The translations under genes and the position numbers were made by a program. The notes under the pieces are model-generated. The model did no database searches, had not been told where the DNA came from, and was given only the letters and a program-made list of their open reading frames with translations. This document shows, piece by piece, positions 39,801 to 51,646 of a stretch of DNA of 64,000 nucleotides (the first letter of the stretch is position 1; every line of letters begins with the position of its first letter). The stretch is taken from NCBI GenBank assembly GCA_965153455.1, contig OZ234494.1:5828001-5892000 (forward strand). Reading direction: 5' to 3'. Origin of the DNA: Sphagnum compactum. Lineage: Eukaryota.

Positions 39801-40533
39801 GTTTTTCTTTAGTTTGATGAGGTAAGTGGTCTGGCAATCATCCACAAGAAGGACTTAAGCCAAATTTGGCTACAGGTCAGACAGGAAAGTGGAAAGCAAA
39901 TTAGGAATCCTGTGATGATCTGGTAGCTTATGATCTCTGGTAGCTTATTGTGCTTTCACCAGATCTACAAGCTTGAGCAATTTGGGCAAATGGTTGGGTG
40001 CAGATGGAATTCAGATATATCATGGTGGAAGATCGGACTCACCCAGTGTTGATGTCAATGGAGACTTGCTATGGTTTTTCCATTGTTGGGGAAAACACGT
40101 GCCCCGTTTGTAACGCTGCTCCATTGCCATACGAAGAAAGGTTGCAAATGACAACCTTTGTGCCTGTAGTTATTATAGAAGATAGTCTTGGCCACAGCTA
40201 GAGTTTTAAGAAATACCCAAGTTTGCTTGATTTGGAACATCGCATTATAAAGCAAAAAAGCTTTGGAATCTTACAAATCTCATGCTAGTGATAACAAATA
40301 GGGTGTGGGCCTTGATCTTGAGCCAACTAAAAACTAGGGTTTTGCTGTCAGTGCCTCCTAGTATTGACAATTGATCTCAGACCATTTGGGGTTAAGGTGC
40401 AGAGGATTGTGGTAGAGAGAGGGAGGAGACGAGGATCAATTGAAGTCTAGAAATGAGAGTCCTGGCTTTTGGTGGCCCTCGATGCACACAGGGTTTCAAG
40501 AATTGCAGTAGGAATGGGAGGTAGTTCAGTCGG

Positions 40534-41622
40534 TCACCTGGACGAGTCCACCACAATGGGCTTGGTTTCTTCATCAAGTGCACTTGGCTTGTCGTAGCCT
40601 GGTCCTCCTCCTCCTCCTCCTGTGAGCTGTAGCGTTGCCTCTTCATCATCATCATCTTTAACTGTTGTTTTGGTGGTTGCGGGACTGAGTTGGGTCTTGA
40701 TAGATTGGGTTGTTGTCGTGGATTGCTGATACAAAACACCTCCAACAATGGTGAAGAGAAGGCAAATCAAGCCTGGGAAACTAGCGTGCTTGTCCCATAT
40801 CAACACATTGATGACCACTGTAAGCAGCTTGTTGACAACTCCGGTAACTGTGAATGCGGTTGCTGAGATTGCCTTCCGTGCAGCAAATCCAAAGAAACTT
40901 ATTGCTAATCCGAAGAGGCACGAAAGCGCCACCGCAACGAACGACACACTCCAAGGTCTTACCTCTAGAAACATGGCATCGGCGATGTCTTTGTACTCCC
41001 CCATGGCAACCCAGAAGAAGGGAGATAGCATGAGAGACAGCAAGTTATTGTACAACACAAAACCCCACGTATTGAGCCCAAGATCCATCACAATGTGCTT
41101 GATGTAAACCATTTCAGTGCAGATGGTGACAAGATAGGCAAGCGCCCAGGAGTAAGCCGTCAGTGTAAAGGCGGAGTCTGTAATCACATAACCCACAGCT
41201 CCCGCGAGAATCACTACCAGAGAACCAAAGGTATACTTGGAAGGTAACGCTTGTTTTCGGAATGCAGAGTCTGCGAGAGCTACCAGTAGAGGCGTGGATG
41301 ATCTGAACACGATGAAGGTGTCGACATTGGCGTGTTTCAATAGATTTGTGTTGGTGAAAATTGCGAGGTAGAAAACGAAAGCTGCTGGGAGAAACTTCTT
41401 AGCCGTGCTCCAGACGAAAGGATCGTGATCGATAAGACCGATCTTTCCTGCCGTCCAGACTCCAAGCACACTCGTCGCGTATTGCAGTGCCGTCAGAAGC
41501 CCCGGAAACGGAAAATACGTGATTGCGTACTTGTTGATCACAGCGAGCAAACTGGAGCAGAGCGCGTATCCTACCACCACTGTGACTGTTCCGTAGGTCT
41601 TGATATCCCCTCTGGCTTTCAT
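40534..41622 (-). CDS. GFT1: Golgi GDP-fucose transporter (GFT1/GONST4-type nucleotide-sugar transporter), intronless CDS; alternative start at 41652
   Basis: VVGYALCSSLLAVINKYAIT, GLLTALQY, KKFLPAAFVFYLAIFTNTNLLKHANVDTFIVFRS, ARKAISATAFTVTGVVNKLLTVVINVLIWDKHA, closely matching plant GONST3/4-GFT1. Confidence 0.9.
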   Translation of the reverse strand: MKARGDIKTYGTVTVVVGYALCSSLLAVINKYAITYFPFPGLLTALQYATSVLGVWTAGKIGLIDHDPFVWSTAKKFLPAAFVFYLAIFTNTNLLKHANVDTFIVFRSSTPLLVALADSAFRKQALPSKYTFGSLVVILAGAVGYVITDSAFTLTAYSWALAYLVTICTEMVYIKHIVMDLGLNTWGFVLYNNLLSLMLSPFFWVAMGEYKDIADAMFLEVRPWSVSFVAVALSCLFGLAISFFGFAARKAISATAFTVTGVVNKLLTVVINVLIWDKHASFPGLICLLFTIVGGVLYQQSTTTTQSIKTQLSPATTKTTVKDDDDEEATLQLTGGGGGGPGYDKPSALDEETKPIVVDSSR

Positions 41623-41974
41623 TGTGTACCAGATCTTGTCTCTTCGTCTCATACAAAGAAGAACAAGCCAGCCACCACTCCCCCGCGACGACGACTCCCT
41701 CGGATGATGAATCCGCGGATTCGGAAGAGAGCAAGCAGTCGAGAGCAGCACGAGGAGTCAAGAAAGAAAGAACGGGCTTAGAATTTTCTATTGACAAAAT
41801 TTCTTGTCAATTATTCCTTCCTATCGGAAACCGAGTTTCTTCGCTTGCAAAGATCGACAGCAAATCTGAAGATCAAGCTGGAAGCTGCTGTGGGCAATGA
41901 TCGCAGTCCACAGATCACAGCAGCAGGTCATCGATCACTAAGAAATCACTGCTTCTTGCAATGGACTTTAGAAC

Positions 41975-42415
41975 AACTCAAATCTCTTCAAGAAACCGAG
42001 TTTGCACTTGCTCTCTGCACTAGACTCCCGTAGAATCTCAACTCAAATTTCTTCAAGAAACCTGCGACACTTTCTTTCTGCACTAGAATCCCGTAGAATC
42101 TCAACATAAATTTCGTCAAAAAACCTCTGCACTTGCTCTCTGAACGAGAATCCCCGTAGAATCTCAACTCAAATTTCTTCAAGAAACCTCTGCACTTGCT
42201 CTCTGAACTAGAATCGCGTAGAATGTCAACTCAAGTTTCTTCAAGAAACCTCCGGCACTTGCTCTCTGAACTAGAATCCCGTAAAAGAACTCAAATCTCT
42301 TCAAGAAACCTCCACAAGGTCTTGAAACTTGCTCTCTGAACTTGAATCCAGCACAAGAACTCTTCAAATTTCTTTCTCAAGAAACCTCTGCAAGTGTTGA
42401 TCTCTGAAGCACGTA
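41975..42415. repeat. ~60-bp minisatellite (about 7 copies) upstream of GFT1
   Basis: Unit AACTCAAATTTCTTCAAGAAACC...GCACTTGCTCTCTGAACTAGAATCCCGTAGAATCTC. Confidence 0.85.
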
Positions 42416-42957
42416 GAATCGGACCTTTGCTGCCTCTGGAGTGTCCAATACTATCTACAAGACGCTTATAACCACGACGCGTCTCTCTCTCTCTCTCCGA
42501 TCTACTTCAAAAATAAGTTCAAGGAACAACCTTTTTCTCGAGCAAAGGATTAACAGATCTATATTGCTACAGTTTGTCACAAGCTTAACTCCTCACGATC
42601 GATCTGCGTTTCTCTCTATATATATAAATATCTATATATCTGCTAAGCGAAACTTTCGCAACAGTTCTTTTACTATAACTTGTACAAGTCCTCCGTTGAC
42701 CTGCAGCAACATGACAACATGTGTTTTACCAACAACAATGGCAGCAGCAAAGTTGTGAAAGGCTTAATACCACCACGTCTCCGATGATGATAATGATGAT
42801 CAGGCGAAGATTAAGAAAAACAATGAATCAATCTCACAATGACGTCGGTGGACAAGTTTGATGCAAAAAAACTCCTTGATCCCGCAGCAGATTGTCTGAT
42901 TGATTGATTGATTGATTGATTTCAAATGACCTCTGGAAGAAGAAATGAGCCAAAGAA

Positions 42958-43338
42958 CGAGGGAATCAGTACAAGATTAGGCTGGTTTTTGCATCGAAGT
43001 CTGCAGGAAAAAAATCGATTTCTTGAAATCTGAAATAATTCCTATTTATCAACAACTTCAAGCACGCAAATCCTCCATTTACTACTTGCGATTGGCTGCA
43101 ATCATCAAAATTATTGTAAATTGCACAAAAAGCGAGAAACAAGGAAATCAGTCCAAGAACAGGCTGGTTTTTGCATCAATCTTTGCCTAAAAAAACCAAA
43201 AGAAAAATTTAAAAATCTGGGGGGAAAAAAAATCCTATTTCTTAAATAATTCAAGCACGAAATTTCTCATTTTCTAATTGCGAAAATATGCTGCAAATCA
43301 TCAACATTATTAATGCAAATTGTAAAACGCAAAGAAAC
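42958..43338. repeat. ~185-bp imperfect direct duplication
   Basis: AGGCTGGTTTTTGCATC...TTCAAGCACG...GCTGCAA(A)TCATCAA..TTATT occurs twice in tandem. Confidence 0.7.
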
Positions 43339-44839
43339 ACTGTTTGCACTAGAGCGACAGCAAACGCAACGCTCCTCTCTTCCTCATCATTTCCCGAAAG
43401 CGTTTCCGAGAGGGTGAAATCAACGGTCGTCGTTTGCTTCTGGGGTTCCAATCCAACGGTCCAAAATTTCCTACCTGCAATTAGGTTTTCCTGAGATTAC
43501 TTGAAAACGCCGAGCGTTCGATTTCCTATTATTATCTAGTCACATGATCGACGGCTCAGTTTGATCCACGACATCCAAAAGGGGATTTTCTCTGAAACAG
43601 GTTAATGAAACAAACCTTGCATTATTATTCAATTTTTATATTAAACAGATTTATTTATTTATTTATTATTTGAAAAAAAAAAAAAAAAAAACTCTTTGGC
43701 CATTTGTGCCATGTTTAGACTTCAGTTGTCTTTTTTGCGACTTTTGGGGGGGGGGGGGGGGGGGTGGGGGGGCTTTTTGTCTTTTTCTTTTTTTGGTTGG
43801 TGAAATCGTGCCATGTATGGTAGCTTGACACATATTTGTCAATTAATTAATTAATTATGAAATTTTCATTTTGAAAAACTAAAATATTCTTGAATATTTT
43901 AAAATGTTTTCCTTTCACAAATTTTCTTTATCTGGGAAAAAAAAACAGAATTTGAATTTTTTTAAAATTTTCTAAAAATAATATAAAATTTAGTGTTGAA
44001 GCTACAAAGGTAGTAGGGTATACCATTGCTAAATGCTTTTTACTAAAGATTTAGGGTTTTCAAAAATTGACTTTTCTTACTCAAAATTTTGGAAAATGGG
44101 TGCAAATAAATGGCCCAATTTTGAAGTTACCTAACTATTAAACATTTAGGGGTTTTTTTTTTAATGAACTCTTCTTAGTTAAAAATTTGAAAATGGGTGT
44201 TCATGAATTGCCCAATTCAAAGGAAGTATTAGAAATTTAGTGTGTTTTTAAATGGAATTTTGTTATTTGAAAATGGGTATGAGGGGGGTTTTTAATAGAC
44301 TTTTCTTAAGTGAAAATTTCAAAAAGTGTGTGAATGGATGGACCACTTTGAAGTAAGCTACATTTAAGCAACATTCACACATTGCTTTTACTAATTTAAA
44401 AACCATAGTTCGAATTGTGTAAGTTTTGCACAATCAAATTAACCTAAGTAAGTTGCGAGAGATATTGAATTATTTTGAGTAATGTTGGGTGAGGGTATAG
44501 TGAGGTACATTTTATAGGTGAAATCTAGGGAGGACAAAGGGGTTAGGATTTTTGTTTTTTTTAAAAAAAATTCTCATAAGTTTTGTTATTTTGTTATGAG
44601 GTTTCAATGGGTATAAGGAATGGATAATTTAATTAGATTAAAAGAATTACAAGTTGGAAGTGCAACTTCCTTGATAGTTTGGACGAATAATGACATAAAT
44701 GATTCACATTTTATAATCATGTAACAAACACAATCAATATTGAGCACTATGATTTACGATCTAATTTTGTAATTCAATCATGTAATGGATCAAAACAAAA
44801 GTCACAATTTTTAAAAGATTAAAATTCACAAAATCATCA

Positions 44840-47690
44840 TATTCTATGATGATGGAAGAATTTGAATATTGTAGTTTACTTAAACAATTAAATATAGGAC
44901 AAAGATTAATATTTGATGATGTTATAAATAAAAAATTATTATACCCTAGTACATTGATATGTTTATTTTTGACATGGGGTGTTGGAACTATCACGGATCC
45001 CAATGCCATGGAATTTGTCCATTTGAATGATCATCCATGACTTATAATAAACTTGTAACTAATTTTTAATTAAATTTTTGTTCACTTTTAGTTAACTTCC
45101 AGTTAAGTTTTTATTCATTTGCACTTGATACATAGTTCACTTCCAATTAACTCTTAGTTGACTATTAGTTAAATTTTAATTCAATTCTAGTTAACTTTTA
45201 ATTAAATTTTAATTACGTTCAAATTAAGTTTTAGTTAACTTTAGTTAAGTCTAATTAAGTCCCAATTGACTTTCAGTTAAATTTTAGTTAACTCTTAATT
45301 AAGAAGGTCCTCAAGAAGCTTTTATATTCGATGCACACATAAAAGTCTCTTTGAAAGCTTCCTTGAACTAGGTTCCCAAAGGAGTATAAATAAAAGTTAG
45401 ACATTTCATTTTTTTTAGTTTGTTCAACACCAATTTTAGGCACAATCTTGCACTATAGCCTTGTCATGTCTTTTCATGTTCATGTTTGCATAAGTTAGAA
45501 TAATAAATATATGTTTTCATGTTTATCTTGCACATCTCGTGTTCTTGTTTTTAGTTCTCGTGTTCTTATTTTTTAGTCACATAATTTTGTTTTGTTCCTT
45601 GTTTGAAAGTTAGACTTAAACCTTTCTTTTAGCCTTTGTTATTGTGGTTATTTGTGTCTTTGACATGAATTAGTAAAACTTTTACATTAAAACTCATAAT
45701 TTAAAAAATATTATGATTGTACAATAATGACATGTCTTCTGACTTAACAAAAACCAAGGCTTTATTTATGACATCAATAGGTAGAATTGCCTTCAATATT
45801 GATGGTTTAACAATACATTCAACATTGAACATACATATCCAACAATCCTTATCTAGTTTATCAAACTTATCATCAAATTCATTAAATAGGCTTACATGTC
45901 GATATGAACATTACAACTTGTTGTGACGGATGAAATATTACTTGTTGGTGCTAGAATGTTTAATGTTATAAATAATAAGTTAAGGTCCATAAAACACATT
46001 CAAAACAAATTCTTTGGTGGTGTTGATGTTATCATGAGAGGTGATTTATATTAAACACCCCTTGTGAAAGATAATTGGATCTTTCAAAATATCAAAATAA
46101 TGTTGATGCATTAACACCAATTTTTTGGCAAACATATGAATTCAATATGTTATGAATTAAATAAAGTTATGTGAAAGTTTGATATGGTTTTTATACAAAC
46201 TTTGAACAAATTTTGTATTGCAACAAAAAATACAAGGGATATTCAATTTATAAATTCAATTTGTAATCGACAATCACCCAACAATTTACTATTCCATATT
46301 TATTTTTATACAAATAAACTTGTGCAAAAACATAATGAAAATGTGTTTACTAACACATTAGGTTTCACATTTATTTTCAAAGCAATGGACGTCAACCATC
46401 ATTCATGCTCGCCATTTTACAAATTTTCAAATGATTTGAATAAACTACAAGTTTGCATTTTTCAATTCATATAAAAAATATATATGTTGGTTGAATTATG
46501 TGTTAGTAAATGTGCAACATCTTATGGTTTTATGAATGGAGCTGATTGCATTTTTAAAGCATCAACAACATGTTATGAAAAATCCATTATATGGAGAACA
46601 TTTTAAATTTTAAAATTGGAACATTAACAAGAGAAAAATATAGTCATCATTATGATAACAACATTGAATCAATATGGGCACCAATTGAACCTATCATCAA
46701 AGATATAAAGTGTTGGTAAATCCAAATCATTATCATAATAAGGATTTAATTTCCAATTCAACTTGCAGCAACAAGAATCATCCATTGTTTTGAGGGATTA
46801 TCATTAGATATAAATTGGTTTTTGATCTCACTAATGTTTAAAAACATGGGTTAACATATACAACATAATCCTACATTTGAACAAAAGAAAACCTATTTTT
46901 GTTAATCCTCCTCTAACATGGAATTTTTGTGTGGATCCAAGAGTACAAATAGAAATGAATAGATTGAAAAAAATTACAACTTGGATATCATTAATTCCTC
47001 AATTTAAAGACTTACATAATTCTCATGTAATTGTATAAGTCTTGAATACAACTTCTTGCACCAACATTATAAAGACATCAGTCATGATCATAACCTTTAA
47101 ATGTCTCATATCTTACGTCTTATAAACACAAGAATACACCATGCATCAATAGATGTGCACAAATTTATCAATTCGTCGAAGCATTCATATATTTCAATCA
47201 TGACGGTCATGGGTCAATGATGATGTGTGACATGCACATGCACTTAAATTCTTTCAATATAATAACTAGTGATAGTTTAAAATATATAGTAGCAACTTTT
47301 AATTTTAGTACACGAAAAACAATACATATTGTATGTGTGCATAGAGTTCATTCATGTTCAATTTTTACATTCCTAAATAATTTTCAAACTATAATTCAAC
47401 ATTCTCTTGAACATTGTTTGATCATCATTGTGGGAGATTTTAATGTTGACATTTTAAAAACAAAAACCAAGCCAAAAAAAAAAAAACTATTAGATTTATA
47501 GATAAATTCTAATTGAAATCATAATTAAGTGAAAACATGACAAAAATTGGACCTCAATTAAACCATATATGGGCAAATGTCCATAGAAATGAATGCAATC
47601 TAATGTAATAGAAGCATATTTTTCAAATTTTCATAAACTAATTTATATTGCATTCAAATTATCAAACACACTTTCAATGTATAAAAAAAA
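44840..47690 (+). mobile_element. Decayed Helentron (Helitron-class) gene: PIF1-family helicase fused to an AP/EEP endonuclease; pseudogenised
   Basis: LNIGQRLIF, FLTWGVGT|SKTFTLK (Walker A), MTSIGRIAFNIDGLTIHS, VVTDEILLVG, FFGGVDVIMRGDLY*, ELNKVM*K.DMVFIQTLN, FYTNKLVQKHN, GFMNGADC, *FPIQLAATRIIHCFEGLSLD, KHGLTYT; followed by IIVGDFNVDIL, QLNHIWAN, SNFHKLIY; many stops and frameshifts. Confidence 0.85.
44989..45665 (+). mobile_element. Solo LTR (~677 bp) inserted in the helicase Walker A codons
   Basis: Ends TATCAC (TG>TA) ... TTGACA, degenerate 5-bp TSD GGAAC/TGAAT, internal TTAAC/GTTAA repeats and TATAAATA at ~45386; removing it restores the helicase frame. Confidence 0.75.
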
Positions 47691-48723
47691 AAACCATTAA
47701 TGTCTCCATTTATTTAAAGTGTAGTGTTTATGATTATATGCATGTAAATGTTGCATTCCACCTAATTAATTATTCCCAAAATGTTGAAACCTTGTGGCCT
47801 AGATTTGCATTTTTACATTTTTTTTCATGGACCATGTGCAAAAAAAATAATCATAGATATCAATAACAAGACAAACAAAAATTTGAACAATTTTTTTAAT
47901 CCACACATACACCCATCAAACATAATAACATAATAGCTTTCATGGAAAACCCTAAACTCAAAATGTGACAAAAACAGAGATAAAAGTTGCCAAACTTAAA
48001 CTTTATGTTGTAATCAATATATTTAATTCAAAGTATGAGCACAAGGACTTGTAATCATTAAACCCTAAATTAAGCTCTAGATTAGTAGGAATAAATAGGA
48101 TTTCAAAAGCAAATAGCCCATTAGGCAAAGGATTTTGAAGGGGAAATAATTTGTGAATTAAGGATTATCATAGTACCTTGGCAATTTCAACACATGTTTC
48201 TCGAATATTAATTTATTTTGAATTTATTTTTTTCATTTTGACAAATACAATATTCTTGAAGATTTAATATTTTCCTTCACAAATTGTTGTTGTTTGAAAC
48301 ATTTTTTTTTTTGGAAAAATCTCAACACTTCTGAAAATAATACAATTAATGTGGAAATGTTCATATGGTGTGGAATGGCAAATATTAGAAGGAAGTATTG
48401 AGACAAATACGGTAGCCTACGGTCAGTTTCCACATTGACAAAATGAATAATTTATTTTTTTCAAAAAATGAATTCACTTTTTTTTTTAAATTTAAATTTT
48501 TTTCATCATCTATTATAATATTGTGATATAAAGTAGTGAAATTATTCAAAGTGTAGTAGCCTATTGATAATTATGATGATTTTCAACATTTCAACTTCAT
48601 ATTTCCACAAATTTTCATTTCACTATTTTGAGGATTATTTAATGACAAAAACTGTATGTCAAAAAAAGCATAGAGGACATGTTCTTTCATCATAAAGTGA
48701 AAAAAATAAAAAAATAAAAAATA

Positions 48724-48764
<41 letters not shown>

Positions 48765-49469
48765 CAAAAAAGTTGTAGTCACCTTTAGTGGATATTAGTA
48801 GGCTCAAGGCTTTTGTGTTGTTGGCCCATGTGTGATTATCTTCAAGGTTTTAGGTTTTAGGGGATATAACTTTTCAAAAAACCTTTTCAAGTGTTTAAAA
48901 GATATACTAATGTGAAAGATGATTATATATGAAAAGGAAAATAAGTTGATCAATGGGAAACTCTTAAAAATATTTAATTGTAAAAAAAATCATTTTCATA
49001 AATTTTTAGTGAAAGGGCAAATAAAATTGACAACAGGAAATTCTCCATGTCACATGAGAGTGCAAATTGAAGGGCCAATATGATGAAGAAGCATTGATTG
49101 GTTGAAAAAATTCATTTTTAATAATTTTAAATTAATTTTCAATGATAGAATTCCATTCTAAATTCAATATTTCGTTCTCTATTGGTCTAAAAATTGCAAA
49201 AAATGACCATTGTGCATAGCACCTTGTTGAGGCTTTCTCATAGTACCAAAAGTGTAGCAATGGTCCCCATGATTTGAGAGGGTTAAGCTATGGTTATAAA
49301 CAAAACAAAACAAACACTTCTCTTAATATTTAGATGTCATTATTGAATATAGTTTCAATATCTTAATCAAACAAGATTATTTGATGGAAATCCCTAGGCT
49401 TATTTGTAAATTGTGATGGTATTTATACAAATATATTAATGAGCAAATATTCATACAATTGTGACTTTA

Positions 49470-49565
49470 ATTGTCGAGATCTTTCCAACGATATGTGATA
49501 TGCTACTTGCACGCAAGTAAATTAGAGCGATCCTCGATTTTTAGAGGTCGGGAGCCAAATTGTCC
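49470..49565 (+). mobile_element. Possible short retrotransposon LTR fragment
   Basis: GC-richer island GAGATCTTTCCAACGATATG...GTCGGGAGCCAAATTG in AT-rich DNA, resembling moss LTR-associated repeats as I recall them; not verified. Confidence 0.3.
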
Positions 49566-50122
49566 ATTCATTCCAAAAGTGAAGGAGGTTAAAAGAAAAG
49601 AAAAAAATTGTCCACCCATGCTATGCTGAAGGAGAGGAACATAAAAAGGAAACATTTTTAATAAAATAAAAAATTGTCAACCCATTGAAAAGGAGAAAGA
49701 AGCTAAAAAAAAAAAGGAAAAGTAAAAGATTTTATTCGCCCATTCCAAAGGAAAGGTGGAGATTGGAAGTGCATTAAAAAAGAAAAAGAAAAAAACTCAA
49801 CCCTTTCAATGGAAAGGTGGGGTTGGAGGAGTATGAAAAAGAAAAAAAGAAAAAGAAAAAAAATCCAACCTTTCTAACTCAAAAGAAAGTGAGGTTGGAA
49901 GGAATAAATAAAGATAAAAAATAATAAATTGTCCACCAATTCCCAAAAGAGACGGCATTGAATTGGGGAGGAGTAAATTGTCCACCATTGGGAGAGCTTT
50001 GGAAACAATCCTCTATTGCATCTATTATTGGTTGTGAAAACATGTAAATGGGCAACCCAAACATTACACCTTTGCAATTTGCTTTGTAAGCCCCCATGTC
50101 TAGGAGACATTGTGCTAGGAAC

Positions 50123-50148
50123 GGTTTAGGGTTTAGGGTTTAGGGTTA
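50123..50148. repeat. Interstitial plant telomeric repeat (TTTAGGG)x3+
   Basis: GGTTTAGGGTTTAGGGTTTAGGGTTAG. Confidence 0.85.
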
Positions 50149-50669
50149 GCCCCATGATAGTGGAACTTTACTCTCTTTACTAGGTAGTGTCAACAAGTGT
50201 TTATATTCCATCCTATTTTGGTGGTGATCATCATTGTGACAATTTTAGAGTTATTCCCGATTATAATTCATCATAGATCAAATTTCAATTCAGAATTGTT
50301 GTTTTTTTTGTTGTTTGTTTTGCATGCTTTCAATGTTTTTGTCTGTTTGTATTTCATTGTTTCGCGATCACACTTTTTCAATGTTCCTTTTTTTTCTTTT
50401 GTCTTTTTTGTATATTGTTGTGAACTTTTCTAATGAATCCGACTTTTCGTTGGCATTTTGCCTACTAAATCAAGAATGTAAAAAAAATATTAATGAAACA
50501 AAAAATGACATATAATAAAAATTTACAAATTTTTTTTTTTAAAAAACAAAATTAATTACAAAAAAATTATTATGCCCACACAAAACAACAATTTAATCAT
50601 CGTCACTTGAAGCACGAAGCAACACGGAGCCCAAATAAAACAGTATGTTGACCCACACCCACCCAAATA

Positions 50670-50833
50670 AAACTCCATTTCATGTCATTTGAAACCTCAA
50701 CTTCATTCAAATTTCCGAATGAGGCCTCCAAACTCCAGTTTCATGTTATATAAAACCTGAACTTCATTCAAATTTCCGAATGAGGCCTCCAAACTCCAGT
50801 TTCATGTTATATAAAACCTGAACTTCATCCAAA
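50670..50833. repeat. 61-bp tandem repeat (~2.7 copies)
   Basis: AAACTCCAGTTTCATGTTATATAAAACCTGAACTTCATTCAAATTTCCGAATGAGGCCTCC at 50730 and 50791, diverged copy at ~50670. Confidence 0.85.
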
Positions 50834-51646
50834 CTTGCAGGGATTTTTACTTACCAGAAAAAGGAACTGCGTCTTTTGGATCATATGAACTATGTCAATG
50901 TATTGAAGATTGGCAAGAAGATCTGAGATCTTGGCCATCGTCTTGTGTTGCAGGCACAGACAATGGTTGCAGACAATCTCAAGGAAAAAGGAACAGGACT
51001 CACAAAAGGTGTTGCATTTCTCAACAGTTCAAAGCTCCATTCGTTGGATTCTGCCTCAAGAAAGAACCCCATGTAGGTCCAGATCGTCTGTACGAAAATT
51101 TTTAGGACCATAACTTTTTCATCTCCATCCATACTTCAAGTACAATGTCTATGGTATCAACTTCGAGTACAGAGACTGGTCCCGTGCTCAAGACAAACCT
51201 GGCTCACCAGGACAAATGGCTCTTGAACAGCTCATTCAATTTTCCTACTCAGCACAAGCAATTTTGCTGCAAAAAGCTGGACTGCACTAGAAAGATTCAA
51301 CTAATAATTTGTTACTTTAGTTCATGAGAAACATTGGAGCATACAAACAGGTTGGGCTCAGAAATGGAACTTAAAACTCTCATTGGTTTCAATAATAGAG
51401 AAAATGGCTTCAAGAGTTGTAAGATCACTTGGTAAAGGAGAACTTTCCTGTACAAAATCTAAGTAACACATCAACTCGCAGAGTGCCACATCATCCTTAT
51501 CATGGGTTTGAGATTCTTGAATAGATCTCTGCAAAAGCCAATGAATTTATCGCATAGTACAGCAACAGCCTAAGTCAAACTGGAAACCCGAAATCACAGT
51601 TGTTGTGACTTAAACTCCCTGGGTAGAGAGATCCTGACATGTTCGT

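Noticed and set aside
41975-42415. CRISPR-like array or short ORFs 41988-42367
   Set aside because: Minisatellite without spacers; the ORFs are translations of the repeat
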